Shown here: in pieces, positions 17,900 through 26,724 of the stretch
How the letters are laid out: each line of letters opens with the position of its first letter
How positions within the stretch are numbered: position 1 is the first letter of the stretch
Origin: an uncultured Lachnospiraceae bacterium
GTDB lineage: Bacteria > Bacillota > Clostridia > Lachnospirales > Lachnospiraceae
Assembly (NCBI GenBank): GCA_947593735.1
Contig: CANQDT010000009.1
Location: 2,037-66,036, forward strand
Reading direction: 5' to 3'
Length of the DNA: 64,000 bases
The notes under the pieces: model-generated
The model's database searches: none
What the model was told of the DNA's origin: nothing
The model's input: the letters and a program-made list of their open reading frames with translations, nothing else
Translations under genes and position numbers: made by a program

Positions 17900-19342
17900 A
17901 TGAAAAGGATCATGTTTGTTGCTTCTGAATGTGTCCCATTTATCAAGACCGGCGGTCTGGCGGATGTCGTCGGAGCGCTTCCGAAGTCGTTCGACAGGGA
18001 AAAATACGACGTCCGGGTCATCATGCCCAATTATACCTGTATTCCGTGGGAGTACCGCAGCCAGTTCCAGTATGTCCATCATTTTTATATGGATCTTGGG
18101 GACCGGCCGGAGAAACTGCATGTTGGGATCATGACGTATAAAATGAACGGCATTACGTATTACTTTGTCGATAACGAGCATTATTTCGGCGGGTTCGCGC
18201 CGTATGGGACGATCCGCTTCGATGTAGAGAAATTTATCTTTTTCTGCAAGGCGGTCATGGCGATCATGCCGGTCATTGATTTTAAACCGGATATCATTCA
18301 CTGCCACGACTGGCAGGCGGGACTTGTTCCGGTTTATCTTCATACGCTGTATAAGGATAATCCGTTTTATTTCGGGACAAAAACGATCATGACCATTCAT
18401 AACCTGAAATTCCAGGGAATCTGGGATATTAAGACGATACAGGGGATCTCCGGTCTGCCGGCGGACGTCTTTACGCCGGATAAGCTGGAGTACCGGAAAG
18501 ACGCCAATATGCTGAAGGGCGGGATCGTCTACGCGGACTTTATTACAACCGTGAGCGGGTCGTATGCCGGCGAGATCCAGATGCCGTATTACGGAGAGGG
18601 GCTGAACGGGCTTCTTTTCGCGCGGAACCAGTCTTTGCAGGGGATCGTAAACGGAATCGACTATGAAACGTATGATCCGCAGACCGACCCGACGATCTAC
18701 TCCAATTATTCTGCCGCGGATTTCCGCAAAAAGAAAGTCAGAAATAAAATCGGGCTGCAGAAAGAGCTCGGGCTTCCGGTCGATGAAAAGAAATTCCTGA
18801 TCGGCATTATTTCCAGACTGACCGATCAGAAAGGATTTGACCTGATCGACTGGGTCATGGATCGGATCATCGACGAGTTTACCCAGCTTGTGATCATCGG
18901 CACAGGCGAGGAAAAATATGAAAATATGTTCCGATATTATCAGTGGACGCACCCGGATAAGGTATCCGCGAATATCTGCTATTCCAACGAACTTGCCAAT
19001 AAGGTATATGCGGGCGCGGACGCGTTTCTGATGCCGTCCCGGTTTGAACCGTGCGGATTGTCGCAGCTGATGTCGCTCCGTTACGGCACGGTTCCGATCG
19101 TCCGGGAAACCGGCGGGCTGCGCGATACGGTGGAACCGTATAACGAGTATGAAAAAACGGGAACCGGATTCTCATTTGCCAATTATAACGCGGATGAGAT
19201 GCTTGCCACGATCAATTACGCGAAATCGGTCTATTTCGACCACAAGCGGGATTGGAATTCCATGGTGGAACGGGGAATGAAAAAGGATTTCTCATGGCAG
19301 AACAGTGCGAAGGTCTATGAAGAATTATATGACCGGCTGTAA
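17900..19342 (+). CDS. glgA: glycogen synthase (ADP-glucose type)
   Basis: ATG at 17900 follows AGGAGGGG. N-terminus MKRIMFVASECVPFIKTGGLADVVGALPK, with a GT5 C-terminal block (PSRFEPCGLSQL). Confidence 0.92.
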   Translation: MKRIMFVASECVPFIKTGGLADVVGALPKSFDREKYDVRVIMPNYTCIPWEYRSQFQYVHHFYMDLGDRPEKLHVGIMTYKMNGITYYFVDNEHYFGGFAPYGTIRFDVEKFIFFCKAVMAIMPVIDFKPDIIHCHDWQAGLVPVYLHTLYKDNPFYFGTKTIMTIHNLKFQGIWDIKTIQGISGLPADVFTPDKLEYRKDANMLKGGIVYADFITTVSGSYAGEIQMPYYGEGLNGLLFARNQSLQGIVNGIDYETYDPQTDPTIYSNYSAADFRKKKVRNKIGLQKELGLPVDEKKFLIGIISRLTDQKGFDLIDWVMDRIIDEFTQLVIIGTGEEKYENMFRYYQWTHPDKVSANICYSNELANKVYAGADAFLMPSRFEPCGLSQLMSLRYGTVPIVRETGGLRDTVEPYNEYEKTGTGFSFANYNADEMLATINYAKSVYFDHKRDWNSMVERGMKKDFSWQNSAKVYEELYDRL

Positions 19343-19373
19343 ATGAGCGATTGTTCTGACACGCAAATGGATA

Positions 19374-19445
19374 GGCTGCTGCGAATGATATAGGGCTGGA
19401 TTTCAGTGCCATGCCGGATATTATTTGCCGCAGCCTTTGTTGTTC
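19374..19445 (+). terminator. possible terminator after glgA
   Basis: GGCTGCTGC (19374-19382) pairs with GCCGCAGCC (19427-19435) with one mismatch. The loop is long. TTTGTTGTT follows. Confidence 0.35.
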
Positions 19446-19478
19446 CGATAACAGAAAAGTCAAAAAGGAGGCAGCGCC

Positions 19479-20789
19479 ATGTGGGCTTATGACAGTATAT
19501 TTTATCAGATTTATCCGCTGGGCTTTTGCGGGGCGCCGTTTGAGAACGACGGCAATCTAGCTCATCGGATCCGGAAAGTGGAAGATTGGATCCCGCATAT
19601 CAAACGGCTGGGCGCGAACGCGGTTTATTTCGGTCCGGTGTTTGAATCGGATACGCACGGCTACAATACAAGAGATTATACGGCGGTCGATTGCAGGCTT
19701 GGGACAAAGGAGGATCTGAAGCACGTCTGCGACGCCCTTCACCGCGAAGGGATCAAGGTTGTGCTGGACGGCGTATTTAATCATGTAGGGAGAGGTTTCC
19801 ACGCGTTCCGGGACGTTCTGGAAAACCGGGAAGCGTCCCGGTACCGGGATTGGTTTTATCTGGATTTCCATGGAAATTCCAACTACAACGACGGCCTCTG
19901 GTACGAGGGCTGGGAAGGAAATTATGATCTCGTCAGGTTGAACCTGCGCAATGAAGATGTCGTCGCTCATTTGTTCAGCGCGATAAAAGGATGGATCGAG
20001 GACTTTGACATCGACGGCTTGCGGCTGGACGTCGCCTATTGCCTGGATCTGGATTTCCTGCGTCGGCTCCGGCGCTTTACCGGGGAACAGAAACCGGGCT
20101 TTTTTCTGCTCGGAGAACTTCTCCATGGGGATTATAACCGGTTTGTCAATGATGAAATGCTGCACAGCGCGACAAATTACGAATGTTACAAAGGATTGTA
20201 CAGCAGCTTTAACAGCCGGAATATGTTTGAGATCGTTCATTCCCTCCAGCGGCAGTTCGGGTCGGAACCGTGGTGCGTCTACCGGGGAAAACGCCTGTTG
20301 TCTTTTGTCGATAATCATGACGTGACCCGGGTCGCGAGCATACTGGACCGTCCGGAACATCTGCCGCTCATTTACGCGATGGCGTTCGGAATGCCGGGGA
20401 TCCCGTGCGTTTATTATGGCAGCGAATGGGGCGCGAAAGCGGAGAAAAAAGAGGGCGACCCGGCGCTCCGCGCGTGTTTTGATCATCCGGAGGAAAATGG
20501 CCTGACCGAATGGATCGGCAGGCTCGCGCGGGCGTACCATGATCATAAAGCGCTGCGGTACGGCGATTTCCGGTCGATCGTCCTGACGAACGGGCAATGC
20601 ATCTTCCAGCGCTGTTTTGAGGACGAGCGGATCCTTGTGGCGGTCAATATGGACGAGGTTCCCTATACGGCGCATTTTGACGCCGGATGCGGCACGGCGG
20701 TCGACTGCATTACAGGGAACCGGCACGATTTCGGCGGCGGAAGCGAGCTGCCGCCATATTCGGCGCAATATTGGGTCATGGAGCAGTAA
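19479..20789 (+). CDS. cytoplasmic GH13 alpha-amylase family enzyme
   Basis: No signal peptide. GH13 regions VLDGVFNHVG, GLRLDVAYCL, FLLGELLH and FVDNHD. Confidence 0.85.
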   Translation: MWAYDSIFYQIYPLGFCGAPFENDGNLAHRIRKVEDWIPHIKRLGANAVYFGPVFESDTHGYNTRDYTAVDCRLGTKEDLKHVCDALHREGIKVVLDGVFNHVGRGFHAFRDVLENREASRYRDWFYLDFHGNSNYNDGLWYEGWEGNYDLVRLNLRNEDVVAHLFSAIKGWIEDFDIDGLRLDVAYCLDLDFLRRLRRFTGEQKPGFFLLGELLHGDYNRFVNDEMLHSATNYECYKGLYSSFNSRNMFEIVHSLQRQFGSEPWCVYRGKRLLSFVDNHDVTRVASILDRPEHLPLIYAMAFGMPGIPCVYYGSEWGAKAEKKEGDPALRACFDHPEENGLTEWIGRLARAYHDHKALRYGDFRSIVLTNGQCIFQRCFEDERILVAVNMDEVPYTAHFDAGCGTAVDCITGNRHDFGGGSELPPYSAQYWVMEQ

Positions 20790-20880
20790 AAAAACCGCAC
20801 TTCTATAAAGAAACAGCACCTACCGTTTTTCCGGTTTGTCAGGTACAATCAGGATAAGAAAATGTGCGGAAAGGATGCGA

Positions 20881-23778
20881 ATGAAAATGAGAAAGAAGTG
20901 GATGGCGCTCATCCTGTGTTTTTGCCTGGGAATAACCGCATTTCCATACGGGATCGCCCCGGTTGCGACGCGTGCGCGGGCGGCGGATTCTTATACCGTC
21001 TCGAGTTTCCAGAAAAGCAACGCGGATGAGGAGGAAGCGTACAATACGGCGCTTGCGGCGACCGGATTGTATGAAGCTGAAATTGACGGGCAGATCTATA
21101 CCAATTACGCGCTGCGTTCTACCGGGAAAGCGTCGGCAAAATGCGGTTCCGTATCCTGCAACGGGATCATCGACGGAAACGCGAACGCCGGATATCAGGC
21201 GGCATCCGCCAGGGATATCCAGAGCATGACGGTCGATCTTGGCAGGACGCGAAGCATATCCAGGCTGCATCTGAGCTGGGAGACCGCTTCCGCCCGGACG
21301 TATGGGATCGATTTCTCCCTTGATGGGGAAAACTGGACGACGGTCGCCTATGTCGAAGACTGCACGAAAACGGGCGCGCGGTGCGACGTGATCTGCCTCA
21401 CGATCCCGCAAAATACGCGTTATGTGAGATTTCAGGGGCTGAAGCTGCAGACCTCCTGGGCGTATAATCTGTGGGAATTAAGCGCGTACAGCCTGTCAGG
21501 AAAAGCCGACGGCGCCGATCCGATCTCCGCCCGAACCTATACGGATGAGGAGCGGGAAGCGATCCGCCAGGCGGACGAGGAGACGAAACAGCAGGAGGAA
21601 TACGACGAATATATCCGGAAGATCGCCGGATATATTGATACGGATTATAATCTCGCCAGAGGTACCGCGGCTTATACGACCGGATATTTCAACGGGGAAG
21701 GGCGGCTCGCGTATCTGACGGACGGAAATCTCGGCACAAAAGCGACGACGAATACGATCAACAGCAGCCATACGCAGGAATATTTTGTCCTCGCGTTTGA
21801 CGCGCCGCATACGGTGGAGGAGATCGACCACATCTATTGTCAGTACGGCTCCAACGCCGATGTGTGGGGCAAGGATGGATTCAAGCTGTATGCCGCGGAT
21901 GAGATCGTGATCACGACAGAGCAGAACGCGCAGGATCTGGACGTGATCGCCGAGGATGAGACGCAGTGGGAGCTTTTATTTGAGGAAGATGGCTCCAACG
22001 CGGGAGAACAAAATTATTATCAGCCGTTTGTCTCGGATTATGACGGGACATTCCGGTATCTGAAGCTCGAATACAATCGCATTACAAAGAGTTATCCTTA
22101 TGGGATCCAGTTAAATGAATTTGCGCTGTACGCGCCGATCGAGGAAGATCCGGATCCGGAACCCGGACCGGGAGAAGAAGACCCGCTGCCTTCGGTTACC
22201 GAAAAAACACAGGTCGCCGACGACAGCACGGTAACGCGCGCGGCATATGACTTCCGCTATCAGACGGCAGGATTCGCGGCAGGGACGTTCTCTCTGGAGA
22301 CGGAAGCCGACGCGGAATATTCCCTATATTGGGGAGACGGGAACGAGGCGGACGGATACGGCGCGATCACGAAAAACGGCGTTCCGTATACGGCGCTTGC
22401 ATCCGTGACAACAGAAAACGGGCATGGGATCTACGCGTCGGTCAACGATTATCTGGCGATCCCGCCCGAGGCGACAAAGCTGCTCGTCTATAATGACAAA
22501 CATATGCTCCAGTATGTCTGCGACATCCCGGAAGAAAAACGGATCAAAGCGGAAGATTACCGGTATTCGTTCGCGTCGGTCAGCGACGTCCATTACAACC
22601 GGTATCATGACAGCGGCGATGACGACGCGCTGTTTGCTTTTGACAACGCGCTGCAGTTCCTGTCCGATCAGGGGATCCGGTTTGTCGGCGTATGCGGGGA
22701 TCTGAGTTCCCGCTCGGAAAAAGACGCCTATATCAAATTCAGGGAAGCGGCGGCGGATCATCCGGAGCTTACGGTCCTTTCCGTAAAAGGAAATCACGAC
22801 GGGGAGGGCGACGCAGATACGTACTTCCGGCAGTATGTGAACCGCGGAATTTATGAAAATATCGGGAAAGGCAGGGAGGAACTGGAAGAATTGGGGATTC
22901 TGTCGATCGCGGAGAACGGGGAGGATTTTGCCTTTTCCCCGGATGAAGCGTCCGGCGATGTTTTCCTTTTCCTGAATCAGTCGATCGAGCCGACCGACAT
23001 GACGACGATGACCGGGATTTTGCAGGAGGATCAGCTTGACTGGCTGGAAGGGCAGATCGCCCGGTTCCAGGATCGGAATATTTTCCTCTATTTTCACACG
23101 TACCTGTCGACCGACGACCACAGTACAACTACGTGCGTCGGCAACGTGAAAAGCACCGGAGGATACAGCTATAATCTCACCTATGACGTAAACGCGCCGG
23201 ACGGGGAACGCCTGCGTTCGATCATCAACGCGCACGATAATGTGACGATGTTCAACGGTCATTCGCATTTTACGTATGATACGCAGATTTATAATCCGTA
23301 TGTCAATATCGGCACGACAAGCGGGACGCCGTTCCATTCGGGAGCGACGGTTGTCCATGTGTCGAGCGTTACGGAGCCGAGGATTGCCTGCGCGGATAAA
23401 AATGACCGGATCGAGCTGAATCATCAGGCTTCCGAGGGGACAAGGGTCGATGTGTACGACGCGTCCCGCGTCTTTACCGGGATTGATTTCTGGAACGGCA
23501 GGTACGAAGCGTACGCGACCTATATCGACGGGGACCTGCCTCCGGACGCGGCGACGGAACAGCTGCTTCCCGGCGACGTTGACGGCGACGGAAATGTTAC
23601 GGTGGGAGATGTTCTGCTTGTATTGAAAAAATCTTCCGGCGCGTTGTCTGAGGAAGAGGGAAGCGGATACCGCTGGGAGCTGGGCGACCTGAATCATGAC
23701 GGAGCCTGGACGGCAGTGGACGCGCTGATGATCCTGAACCGGTCGGTACAGACGGGAGCCGGGAAAGAAACCGGCTGA
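20881..23778 (+). CDS. secreted protein: two discoidin (F5/8 type C)-like modules, a calcineurin-like metallophosphoesterase, and a C-terminal dockerin
   Basis: Start is at ATG 20881 or 20887, ahead of the signal peptide KWMALILCFCLGITAFPYG. Discoidin-like block (MTVDLGRTRSISRLHLSW...RYVRFQG). Phosphoesterase motifs SVSDVHYN, GVCGDLS, KGNHDG and NGHSHF. Dockerin GDVDGDGNVTVGDVLLVLKK...GDLNHDGAWTAVDALMILN. Confidence 0.75.
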   Translation: MKMRKKWMALILCFCLGITAFPYGIAPVATRARAADSYTVSSFQKSNADEEEAYNTALAATGLYEAEIDGQIYTNYALRSTGKASAKCGSVSCNGIIDGNANAGYQAASARDIQSMTVDLGRTRSISRLHLSWETASARTYGIDFSLDGENWTTVAYVEDCTKTGARCDVICLTIPQNTRYVRFQGLKLQTSWAYNLWELSAYSLSGKADGADPISARTYTDEEREAIRQADEETKQQEEYDEYIRKIAGYIDTDYNLARGTAAYTTGYFNGEGRLAYLTDGNLGTKATTNTINSSHTQEYFVLAFDAPHTVEEIDHIYCQYGSNADVWGKDGFKLYAADEIVITTEQNAQDLDVIAEDETQWELLFEEDGSNAGEQNYYQPFVSDYDGTFRYLKLEYNRITKSYPYGIQLNEFALYAPIEEDPDPEPGPGEEDPLPSVTEKTQVADDSTVTRAAYDFRYQTAGFAAGTFSLETEADAEYSLYWGDGNEADGYGAITKNGVPYTALASVTTENGHGIYASVNDYLAIPPEATKLLVYNDKHMLQYVCDIPEEKRIKAEDYRYSFASVSDVHYNRYHDSGDDDALFAFDNALQFLSDQGIRFVGVCGDLSSRSEKDAYIKFREAAADHPELTVLSVKGNHDGEGDADTYFRQYVNRGIYENIGKGREELEELGILSIAENGEDFAFSPDEASGDVFLFLNQSIEPTDMTTMTGILQEDQLDWLEGQIARFQDRNIFLYFHTYLSTDDHSTTTCVGNVKSTGGYSYNLTYDVNAPDGERLRSIINAHDNVTMFNGHSHFTYDTQIYNPYVNIGTTSGTPFHSGATVVHVSSVTEPRIACADKNDRIELNHQASEGTRVDVYDASRVFTGIDFWNGRYEAYATYIDGDLPPDAATEQLLPGDVDGDGNVTVGDVLLVLKKSSGALSEEEGSGYRWELGDLNHDGAWTAVDALMILNRSVQTGAGKETG

Positions 23779-23828
23779 CAAAAAAAACGGCAGAAGCCGA
23801 GGAGAAAGGATTTCAGACAATAAAAAAA

Positions 23829-23911
23829 TGCAGAAGATGGGACTTGAACCCACACGGGCTAATGCCCACTAGCACCTGAAGCTAGCGCGTCTGCCATTCC
23901 GCCACTTCTGC
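23829..23911 (-). tRNA. tRNA-Leu (anticodon CAG), type II with long variable arm
   Basis: The reverse complement folds as acceptor GCAGAAG/CTTCTGC, anticodon stem CTAGC/GCTAG with loop TTCAGGT, and T-arm GTGGG-TTCAAGT-CCCAT. No CCA is encoded. Confidence 0.9.
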
Positions 23912-23951
23912 ATGTGTGATCGAACAGGGACGTTATGTTCCCCGTTGTCAA

Positions 23952-24036
23952 TGCGGAAGATGGGACTTGAACCCACACGATCGCATTGATCACAAGATCC
24001 TTAGTCTTGCTCGTCTGCCAGTTCCGACACTTCCGC
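23952..24036 (-). tRNA. tRNA-Leu with anticodon read as AAG (A34), type II
   Basis: The reverse complement folds as acceptor GCGGAAG/CTTCCGC, anticodon stem CAAGA/TCTTG with 7-nt loop CTAAGGA (U33, A34-A35-G36, G37), variable-arm stem GATC/GATC, and T-arm GTGGG-TTCAAGT-CCCAT. Confidence 0.8.
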
Positions 24037-24059
24037 CTGCCTGTATCACACAGTTAGTT

Positions 24060-24088
24060 ATGATAGCACTCCGGAATGAAAATGTCAA
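24060..24088 (-). promoter_or_regulatory. sigma-70-type promoter of the tRNA-Leu pair
   Basis: On the minus strand: TTGACA (24088-24083), a 17-nt spacer, then TATCAT (24065-24060). It lies about 25 nt upstream of the first tRNA. Confidence 0.65.
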
Positions 24089-24169
24089 CTGATTTTTTCT
24101 ATATTTTCTCTTTTCAAATAAGAATATTGCCTTTATAATGGAGAAAAAAGAAAAGGGGAAGCATTCACT

Positions 24170-25342
24170 ATGAGAGAACAATTAATCCGGGAGTTTGAAA
24201 CGTTATTTGGGGCAGGCGGCGATATCCGCACTTATTTCGCGCCGGGCCGCGTCAATCTGATCGGGGAACATACCGATTACAACGGCGGTCATGTGTTTCC
24301 ATGCGCGCTGACGATCGGTACATACCTGATCGCGAGGAAAAGGAATGACAACCGCCTTTTCTTTTATTCAAAAAACTTTGAACGGCAGGGAGTGGCGGAA
24401 TCCGATCTCAACTGCCTGAAACCGGGAATCGACGGATCGAAATGGATCTCCTATCCAAAAGCGGTCATGTGGACGATGGGAGAGAAAGGGTTCCCGGTAC
24501 GGGAAGGATTCGACCTGTTTTATTATGGCAATATCCCGAACAGCTCCGGGCTGTCGTCGTCCTCGTCGATCGGCGTTGTCACAGGCTATATGCTCAGGGA
24601 TATGATGAACCTGGACGGGCTGACCATGACGGATATCGCGCTTTACGCCCAATACGCGGAGAACCACTACAACGGCGTGAATTGCGGGATCATGGATCAG
24701 TTCGTGATCGCGATGGGGAAAAAAGAGAAAGCGATCTATCTCGACACGGCGACCCTGGAATATGAATATGTTCCGGTAGAGCTTGGCGACGCGCGCATTG
24801 TCATTGCGTGCAGCAATAAAAAGCGCGGGCTCGGTGATTCCAAATACAACGAGCGCAGGAGCCAGTGCGAACAGGCGCTGGCGGATATCCGAACAGTAAA
24901 GGACGTCGCGAGTCTCGGCGCGCTTTCGATCGAAGAATTTGAAAGCATAAAGGACGCGATCAAAGATCCGGTCTGCGCAAGGAGAGCGAAGCATGCGGTT
25001 TATGAGAACCAGAGAACCATGGAAGCGGTGAAGGTACTGGAGAAGAATGACCTTGCCCGGTTCGGCCAGCTGATGCGGGAATCCCATCTTTCCCTGCGGG
25101 ACGATTATGAAGTAACCGGATTGGAGCTGGATACGCTCGTGGAGGAGGCGTGGAACTGCGACGGCGTGATCGGCGCGAGAATGACCGGCGCGGGCTTCGG
25201 CGGATGTACGGTGAATCTTGTAAAAACAGACGCGATCGACCAGTTTATTGAAAAAGTCGGCGCGCGTTACTTCGATACGGTCGGTTACAAAGCGGACTTT
25301 TATGCGGTCGATATCGGAGACGGCGCAGGGGAATGGAAATAA
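24170..25342 (+). CDS. galK: galactokinase
   Basis: GRVNLIGEHTDYNGG signature, GHMP ATP loop GLSSSSS, and C-terminal GAGFGGC. Confidence 0.95.
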   Translation: MREQLIREFETLFGAGGDIRTYFAPGRVNLIGEHTDYNGGHVFPCALTIGTYLIARKRNDNRLFFYSKNFERQGVAESDLNCLKPGIDGSKWISYPKAVMWTMGEKGFPVREGFDLFYYGNIPNSSGLSSSSSIGVVTGYMLRDMMNLDGLTMTDIALYAQYAENHYNGVNCGIMDQFVIAMGKKEKAIYLDTATLEYEYVPVELGDARIVIACSNKKRGLGDSKYNERRSQCEQALADIRTVKDVASLGALSIEEFESIKDAIKDPVCARRAKHAVYENQRTMEAVKVLEKNDLARFGQLMRESHLSLRDDYEVTGLELDTLVEEAWNCDGVIGARMTGAGFGGCTVNLVKTDAIDQFIEKVGARYFDTVGYKADFYAVDIGDGAGEWK

Positions 25343-25360
25343 AGCGGAAACAGATACCCT

Positions 25361-25389
25361 TTGACAAATTATAATATCTGTGATATATT
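25361..25389 (+). promoter_or_regulatory. sigma-70-type promoter of the cell wall hydrolase gene
   Basis: TTGACA (25361-25366), a 17-nt spacer, then TATATT (25384-25389). Confidence 0.55.
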
Positions 25390-25433
25390 ACAAAAGTATT
25401 AAATGGATATTAAATTTTTAAGAGGGTGTTATT

Positions 25434-25904
25434 ATGTTTCAAAAACGGGTGATTGCAGGGTTCTGCGCGGCATGGATGTTCCTTCTTTTTTCTGTGGTTC
25501 CGGCGGGAGCAAAAGCAAGCCATTCGTATTCGGATGCCGATCTTCGGCTGATGTCTGGCATCATTTACGCGGAGGCCGGAGGCGAGAGCTTCCAGGGACA
25601 GGTCGCGGTCGGAATCGTTGTTATGAACCGCAAGAGATCATCGTCCTTCCCGAATACAGTGAACGGCGTTATCTATCAGCCGTACCAGTTCGGACCGGTC
25701 AGCAACGGGAGCCTGAACCGCGCGCTCGCGATGTACGACAACGGAACATTGAGCCGATCCTGTATCAGAGCGGCGAAGCTCGCCCTGAATGGGAAAAAGA
25801 CGCTCACATTAAACGGCAAGAAGGTTGATTTCAGCAGCTATTATTATTTCAGCGGATATGTATCCGGAGCGCGGCTGAGCATTGGCCATCATCAATTCAA
25901 ATAA
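25434..25904 (+). CDS. secreted cell wall hydrolase, SleB/Hydrolase_2 family
   Basis: Signal peptide FCAAWMFLLFSVVPAGAKA. Motifs IIYAEAGGESFQGQVAVGIVVMNR and VIYQPYQFGPV are typical of PF07486. Confidence 0.8.
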   Translation: MFQKRVIAGFCAAWMFLLFSVVPAGAKASHSYSDADLRLMSGIIYAEAGGESFQGQVAVGIVVMNRKRSSSFPNTVNGVIYQPYQFGPVSNGSLNRALAMYDNGTLSRSCIRAAKLALNGKKTLTLNGKKVDFSSYYYFSGYVSGARLSIGHHQFK

Positions 25905-25905
25905 G

Positions 25906-25956
25906 CAACGATAAAAAAAGCATTTGCCAGATGGGCGAATGCTTTTTTTATCGTTG
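25906..25956. terminator. bidirectional intrinsic terminator
   Basis: Perfect 19-nt inverted repeat CAACGATAAAAAAAGCATT (25906-25924) / AATGCTTTTTTTATCGTTG (25938-25956). The GC core is flanked by A7 and T7. Confidence 0.85.
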
Positions 25957-26042
25957 AAGAATATGTTTTCCCGTTTCAGATAAAGTTGGCGAAGTAGAAT
26001 TTTGATTGAAAAAATTCTGTGAGCGTCGTTTGTATTTCACTG

Positions 26043-26071
26043 TTGTAAGGAAGTCTTCCATATGTTATAAT
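26043..26071 (+). promoter_or_regulatory. promoter of the abiE pair with an embedded palindrome
   Basis: TTGTAA (26043-26048), a 17-nt spacer, then TATAAT (26066-26071). The spacer begins with the perfect palindrome GGAAGTCTTCC (26049-26059). The ATG at 26086 is only about 8-10 nt from the predicted transcription start and has no SD sequence. Confidence 0.55.
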
Positions 26072-26085
26072 AACTGCGTGCAAAA

Positions 26086-26724
26086 ATGAAAAACAGCGTG
26101 CAGAAAGTTGGTGTTCATTTGGATCAAAAGGAAATTGTGCAAAATGTGCTCAAAGAGAATGGCGGAATTGCGAAAACTGCCGACTTTGTTGCGGCAGGCA
26201 TAAAAAAATATGATGTGGCGACACTGTGCAAGGAAGGTTTTCTCGAGCGAGTTCGGCGTGGAGTGTATCAATCGCCGGGCAACGATCAGATAACGGAGGA
26301 ACAGCTGCTCCGTGAGCTGTTGCCGCAGGGAATCGTTTGCGTGGAATCGGCGTTGTTTCATTATGGTTACAGTGATTTTGCGCCCCGCGCATGGTCTGTT
26401 GCCGTACCGAGAACGGCGTCCCGGGCAGTTGGAAATATCGGGGAGTTTCCGATTCGAGCTTATTACATTCAAAAAGAATATTTTCCGATTGGGAAGACTG
26501 TTGAAAGCTTCAACGGTGTGATGCTCCCTGTATATGATCGGGAGCGTACGATTTGTGATTGTTTTAAATATCGGACAAAACTCGACAATGAAACATTCAA
26601 CAAGGCGATGAATGCTTATGCAGCAGATAGCCGAAAAAAACTTGCCAATTTGTCCATGTATGCAAAAAAAATGAAGCTATACACAAAAGTTATGAATGTA
26701 ATGGGGGTGCTGCTGGGTGGCTGA
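26086..26724 (+). CDS. abiEi: type IV toxin-antitoxin system AbiEi family antitoxin / transcriptional regulator
   Basis: N-terminal wHTH-like ENGGIAKTADFVAAGIKKYDVATLCKEGFLERVRRGVYQ. Overlaps the downstream AbiEii gene by 8 nt. Confidence 0.8.
   Translation: MKNSVQKVGVHLDQKEIVQNVLKENGGIAKTADFVAAGIKKYDVATLCKEGFLERVRRGVYQSPGNDQITEEQLLRELLPQGIVCVESALFHYGYSDFAPRAWSVAVPRTASRAVGNIGEFPIRAYYIQKEYFPIGKTVESFNGVMLPVYDRERTICDCFKYRTKLDNETFNKAMNAYAADSRKKLANLSMYAKKMKLYTKVMNVMGVLLGG

Noticed and set aside
17684-18952. 422-aa ORF antisense to glgA
   Set aside because: It is a shadow ORF. The glgA frame has the diagnostic KTGGLADV motif, and the antisense product is Arg/Asp/Ile repetitive.
19557-20819. 420-aa ORF antisense to the GH13 gene
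   Set aside because: Shadow ORF opposite a frame that carries all four GH13 conserved regions.
23788-23807. Terminator downstream of the tRNA pair (CGGC-TTCT-GCCG followed by T8 on the minus strand)
   Set aside because: The stem is only 4 bp. It is plausible but too weak to list as a feature.
22324-23853. 509-aa ORF antisense to the dockerin phosphoesterase gene, running into the tRNA region
   Set aside because: Arg-rich composition. It overlaps a tRNA gene, and the sense frame has a complete metallophosphoesterase motif set.
25403-25828. 141-aa alternative frame overlapping the cell wall hydrolase gene
   Set aside because: The product is Gly/Arg-rich with no RBS. The 25434 frame has a signal peptide and Hydrolase_2 motifs.
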